A stretch of DNA of 64,000 nt from Candidatus Brocadiia bacterium (GTDB lineage: Bacteria; Planctomycetota; Brocadiia; SM23-32): contig JBKHIT010000015.1 of NCBI GenBank assembly GCA_046538485.1, positions 1-64,000 on the forward strand, in the 5' to 3' direction. Under the pieces are notes generated by a model. It was not told the origin of the DNA. It worked only from the letters and a program-made list of their open reading frames with translations, and made no database searches. Position numbers and translations under genes: made by a program. The stretch's first letter is position 1, and each line of letters opens with the position of its first letter. Of the stretch, positions 60,281-64,000 are shown one piece after another.

Positions 60281-62455
60281 ATGGCTGAGTCCACAATTTA
60301 CTGTCAAAAATGTGAAAAAAGATACGATATCCGCCTCCCCGTGGAGGGACTGAAGGTGAGGTGCACGACCTGCGGGGGCATTATGAGTGAGGGTGTTGAC
60401 GAGTGGGGCACGGCGGGATACAAAAAGGACCGATATCGAAAAGAGAATATAGGCGGTTGCAAAGTCGAGAAAAAAATTGCCGTAGGACGGGATTCGATTA
60501 CCTACCGGGCGATTCAGAAACGGCATAAAATGCCGGTTCTCATAGAGATTTTTCCCCACGATGACCCTGCTTACGATGAAAGCCGAATTATCAAATTATT
60601 CCACGGATTGGCGGAAGGGTCAAAAATTCGCCATCCTAATGTGGCGGCCATTTATGACCTTGGCAGAACCCAAGATTACGATTACGTGGTCAGAGAGTTG
60701 TCTGATGGGGGAAGTGTCCGGCGCGAGATTAATCGCAAGGGCAAATTGGAATTGAGGGCGGCCATGCCGCTTATCGAAGATGTTCTGCGGGCGTTACGCG
60801 TGGCAGAGAAAAAAGGATTGCACCATGGACAGCTCAGCACGGATAACCTCAAGTTGGATTACGATGGGTCGGTCAAACTCGACCATTTCGGGCGCCCGTT
60901 GGAAGAAGAGGATCTTGATGAATTTATCGTTGCGGGCAACGGTGTGGTGACCGGACCGGCTTATTATGTCTCGCCGGAACGGGTACGGCAGCAAGAGACA
61001 ACTGACATCAAAAGCGATTTATACTCGCTCGGGGTGACGATGTTTGAAATGCTGTCAGGGAAACGTCCTTTCGGCGGGCGGACCGCTACTGAGATCATGG
61101 AATTGCGTCTTAGTGAAGATCCCCCTCGGCTTGCGGCACTTGAGCGAAATATGATTTCTGACGTGAGCAATTTTGTCCGGAATCTAATGCAACGAGATCC
61201 GGAGGACCGCCCCAAAAGCGCTTCGAAAGCGTTGGAACAATTGCGCGAAATCGGATTGGGGAAAGCGAATTCCGGTACGAAAGTGCAGAAGAGCCAGCCG
61301 ACGGGGAAAAGCCGGAGACGACTCGGTGCAATTATTTGGACCTTGCTGGCTTTTCTGCTGGTGTTTCTGGCGATTACGCCCATGTATATGCTGACCCGGG
61401 AGGAAGAACAAAAACAGAGACAGGCCATGAAAAAAGCGGCACCTGTTTTGCAAAGAGGGAGGGTTCTTATTGTTGTTGAAAAAGATTCGGCACTCCCGGA
61501 AGATCAACGGCTTGCGTTGATGGGCCGCGCAAAAGTTGCCCTCGCGAGACTCCCTAAACTTGCGCCCCTCAGCCCGTTTTTGGCGGAGAGTTGCCTGGCG
61601 AAAGAAGGAGGATATGACCTCGCAGTGTTGAAAACGGATCCGGCATATTTGCTGCAGGTTGCACGAATTGCTGGCCAGGATCAGAAAACCTGGCAGGTTT
61701 TGTTTGCGAGTATTAAGGGGATGCGCTGGCGTCAAGAAGAATCTGTGGCTTGGGCAGAATCAAAGACCCCGTTTGAGGTTTTGAATGAGGCGTTGGAGAA
61801 AACTATTGCTCAAGCACTCAGCGAAATGGGGGAAATCGAAGATCCTTCTGAGATAAGGACGTTGGCCGGTGAAGAAATTTGGCACAATATTGGTAAAGCT
61901 TTGAAAGCAGAAAGATCAGGTGAATTCGCCGATGCCTATCGTGTTCTTGGCAATGCACAAGGCGAAAAAACACCTGACGTTCTGGTGGAAGTCCTCAAAC
62001 AATATTACCGACTCGCGGATGCATGGACCGATGGGCGGTTTCCTGAAGAAGTGCCTTTGCCGGATTGTCAAGGCTTAAAAGGTGAATATCGTTACCTGGG
62101 CCGAACTCTCAGGGCATTTGTTGAGGGGAAAGAACAGGGCGGTGGAGTTGTGGCAGAATACCTCGTTGCTTATCCATATTCGGTTCGCGCGCACTTTTTA
62201 TTGGCCGCATGGCGTGATCAACATCAGAGTCCTTCGGAAGAGATCCAGGCAGCCCTTTGGCGACTTCTTGAGCAGGACCCAGGATATTTTGGGGCCGTCC
62301 GGCTTGCTGGAAAATACGCGGCTAAACAAGGGGCCGAACAGGTCGAGAGGTTTTTGAAAAATTACAGAAAAGCTGCCTGGTTACCTGAGCAAAAAAGGGC
62401 TGCCGAGGAATTCTGTGCGTCTCTGAAAGATAAATATGCAGAAGAAAATCAATAG
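60281..62455 (+). CDS. Membrane Hanks-type pseudokinase with N-terminal Zn-ribbon and helical C-terminal domain
   Basis: CQKC...CTTC; kinase fold (HPNVAAIYD, YVSPE, SDLYSLG, DPEDRP) but VLIE, HGQ and HFG replace VAxK, HRD and DFG; TM LGAIIW...TPMY. Confidence 0.8.
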   Translation: MAESTIYCQKCEKRYDIRLPVEGLKVRCTTCGGIMSEGVDEWGTAGYKKDRYRKENIGGCKVEKKIAVGRDSITYRAIQKRHKMPVLIEIFPHDDPAYDESRIIKLFHGLAEGSKIRHPNVAAIYDLGRTQDYDYVVRELSDGGSVRREINRKGKLELRAAMPLIEDVLRALRVAEKKGLHHGQLSTDNLKLDYDGSVKLDHFGRPLEEEDLDEFIVAGNGVVTGPAYYVSPERVRQQETTDIKSDLYSLGVTMFEMLSGKRPFGGRTATEIMELRLSEDPPRLAALERNMISDVSNFVRNLMQRDPEDRPKSASKALEQLREIGLGKANSGTKVQKSQPTGKSRRRLGAIIWTLLAFLLVFLAITPMYMLTREEEQKQRQAMKKAAPVLQRGRVLIVVEKDSALPEDQRLALMGRAKVALARLPKLAPLSPFLAESCLAKEGGYDLAVLKTDPAYLLQVARIAGQDQKTWQVLFASIKGMRWRQEESVAWAESKTPFEVLNEALEKTIAQALSEMGEIEDPSEIRTLAGEEIWHNIGKALKAERSGEFADAYRVLGNAQGEKTPDVLVEVLKQYYRLADAWTDGRFPEEVPLPDCQGLKGEYRYLGRTLRAFVEGKEQGGGVVAEYLVAYPYSVRAHFLLAAWRDQHQSPSEEIQAALWRLLEQDPGYFGAVRLAGKYAAKQGAEQVERFLKNYRKAAWLPEQKRAAEEFCASLKDKYAEENQ

Positions 62456-62739
62456 GGTTCGATGTCGTTCAATCGCGAAATGCTAACAATCTCCCGCACG
62501 AGAACCGTCACGGACCGCCGATTGATACGGATTCCGTGTTTTTGGGTTTCCAGCAAGTACCGGCCTGTGGAGGTGCTTGTTTCATTGATGTTATGAACAT
62601 CTGCATCTGAGAGAATCAGGGCGTTATGAGATACACGTTCCAGCCGGCCAATGTAAACAAACGGGCTCCTGGTATCAACAACAATGTTTTCGCCGGCAAA
62701 TTCTGAAAACGCTCCGGTCAGGTCTTCAGCAGGACTCAT
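62449..62739 (-). CDS. Small hypothetical protein, Sm/LSm-like fold suspected
   Basis: GENIVVDT....YIGRL....N.LILSDA (Sm1-like) and SVTVL..EIVSIS (Sm2-like); GAGG RBS. Confidence 0.6.
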   Translation of the reverse strand: MSPAEDLTGAFSEFAGENIVVDTRSPFVYIGRLERVSHNALILSDADVHNINETSTSTGRYLLETQKHGIRINRRSVTVLVREIVSISRLNDIEPY

Positions 62740-62944
62740 TGACTTTGGCCTCGTTTGTTTTTTGTTTCATAAAATGAGGAAATTTGTTGCCTGTTTTTCT
62801 TTTGAGGATTTTCGGCTCCCAGCCGGCAAGATGTCAAGTTCGCGAGGGGAAATCCAGCCCGCAGCTGAAATTTATTGCACGTTTGGTCATAATATATCCA
62901 GAAGACACAAGAATTTATCGGCCGTATGTCGGCCCGGAGGTTTT

Positions 62945-63838
62945 ATGTTCCCTTTTGGGAAACGATCGAAATCTCGCTTCAGCGGTTATTTCGTCAACCG
63001 GCTTGTGCATCGGGGGGAGAAATCGTTGGTCTTTGAGGGTTCGGGAAAAAAGACAGCTCGCAAAGTGGCGATCAAACTCTATACGCGTGCTTATGATAAA
63101 GCCGCAGCCCGAATGGAACGCAAGTATGATATCCCGCCCGAAAAAAAAGTTGGGCTTGAGCTCAATCCGGCCGAAAGGGAAGATTCCTCCGAGGTGCCGA
63201 TAGCAGCAACTATTGGGGGCGGGCGCGAGTATGACAAGCGGAGGGGCGCGCGATATATTGTTCAGGAGTTTGTTGATGGCGTATCGCTCAAACACCTGAT
63301 TGCATGTGAAGATCCACTGGTGGCCAAGAATCTTGGTTCGTTTGTCTTTCAGTGTTGTCGCGCTCTGCGTAAAGTCCATAAAAAGGGATACGTCTATCGA
63401 GATTTTTGTACGGATAATTTGCTTATTTTGCGGCCGGATCGCCTGAAACTGATCGATTTGGGGTTTGTTGCCCCTTCGGGTGTTGCGTACGAGGAGCGTA
63501 GCGGGACCCCGACTTATATGTCGCCGGAACAAATTCAGGGGAAAAAACTGGGCCCGCCGACGGACATTTATTCCCTTGGGATCGTAATATACGAAATGCT
63601 GACGGGAAGTCCACCTTTTGTGTCCGACCAAATCGGTGAGAACACGACAGCTGTCGAGAAACGAAGCGCGCAATTGATGCGTCAACACCTTGAGAAATCC
63701 GTGCCACCTTTGCCTGAAGAAACTCGCCAGCAAAATCGCATACTTGCGGGGATTTTACCACGCTGCCTGGCGAAGAACCCCGCGCATCGTTATGACCGTA
63801 TTGATGAACTTATCGGCGAATTGGTGCGTTCTCGGTAG
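62945..63838 (+). CDS. Soluble Ser/Thr protein kinase
   Basis: KVAIK; YRDFCTDN; KLIDLG; GTPTYMSPE; DIYSLG; GGAGG RBS before ATG 62945. Confidence 0.9.
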   Translation: MFPFGKRSKSRFSGYFVNRLVHRGEKSLVFEGSGKKTARKVAIKLYTRAYDKAAARMERKYDIPPEKKVGLELNPAEREDSSEVPIAATIGGGREYDKRRGARYIVQEFVDGVSLKHLIACEDPLVAKNLGSFVFQCCRALRKVHKKGYVYRDFCTDNLLILRPDRLKLIDLGFVAPSGVAYEERSGTPTYMSPEQIQGKKLGPPTDIYSLGIVIYEMLTGSPPFVSDQIGENTTAVEKRSAQLMRQHLEKSVPPLPEETRQQNRILAGILPRCLAKNPAHRYDRIDELIGELVRSR

Positions 63839-64000
63839 CTATTCAGTTGCTTCCGTTTCCGCTCCTCCGGAAAATACAACACGTCCCCACCGTTTCACGC
63901 CATGATGATGCCACGCACTGTATGCGGGGGACCAAACGTGGTAGCGTTTCTCCAGAGTGCAGTTCTGAACCACAAGCTGCACACGCCATATTTCTCCGGG

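Noticed and set aside
1..64000. CRISPR array, rRNA, retron/RT or DGR
   Set aside because: No regularly spaced direct repeats, rRNA signatures, reverse transcriptase motifs or template/variable repeat pair seen.
63839..64000. 3' end of a minus-strand gene at the window edge
   Set aside because: All three minus frames are open for much of this short stretch, so frame and product cannot be assigned.

Overview
Bacterial chromosomal window, probably from a Planctomycetota/PVC organism. This is inferred from three prepilin-type ([12 protein letters not shown]...) genes, paired URO-D-family genes, a Ser/Thr kinase and many acidic proteins. The window opens at the edge of a GC-rich integrated element whose large serine recombinase reads into a tRNA-Asn gene. 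Core and stress genes follow: tldD/pmbA, two cold-shock genes, fpg/nei, slyD, topA, an orphan fusA, an ECF sigma/anti-sigma pair, dnaG-rpoD-zinc ribbon, hflKC-archease-rtcB-AmrS and groES-groEL. There are also carbohydrate-type hypothetical genes, several pseudogenes, IS remnants and at least three MITE/REP families. The most notable items are (1) a compact spt / bCerS-like / CerR-like operon suggesting ceramide synthesis, (2) a membrane pseudokinase next to an Sm-fold gene and an active kinase, (3) the recombinase whose C-terminus is encoded by the tRNA antisense strand, (4) a sigma-54 groESL promoter with paired palindromic upstream sites, (5) a 1964-aa repeat-module secreted protein and (6) stacked MITEs at CTAG sites. 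No rRNA or CRISPR array was seen. All assignments come from motif recognition by eye; no database searches were run.
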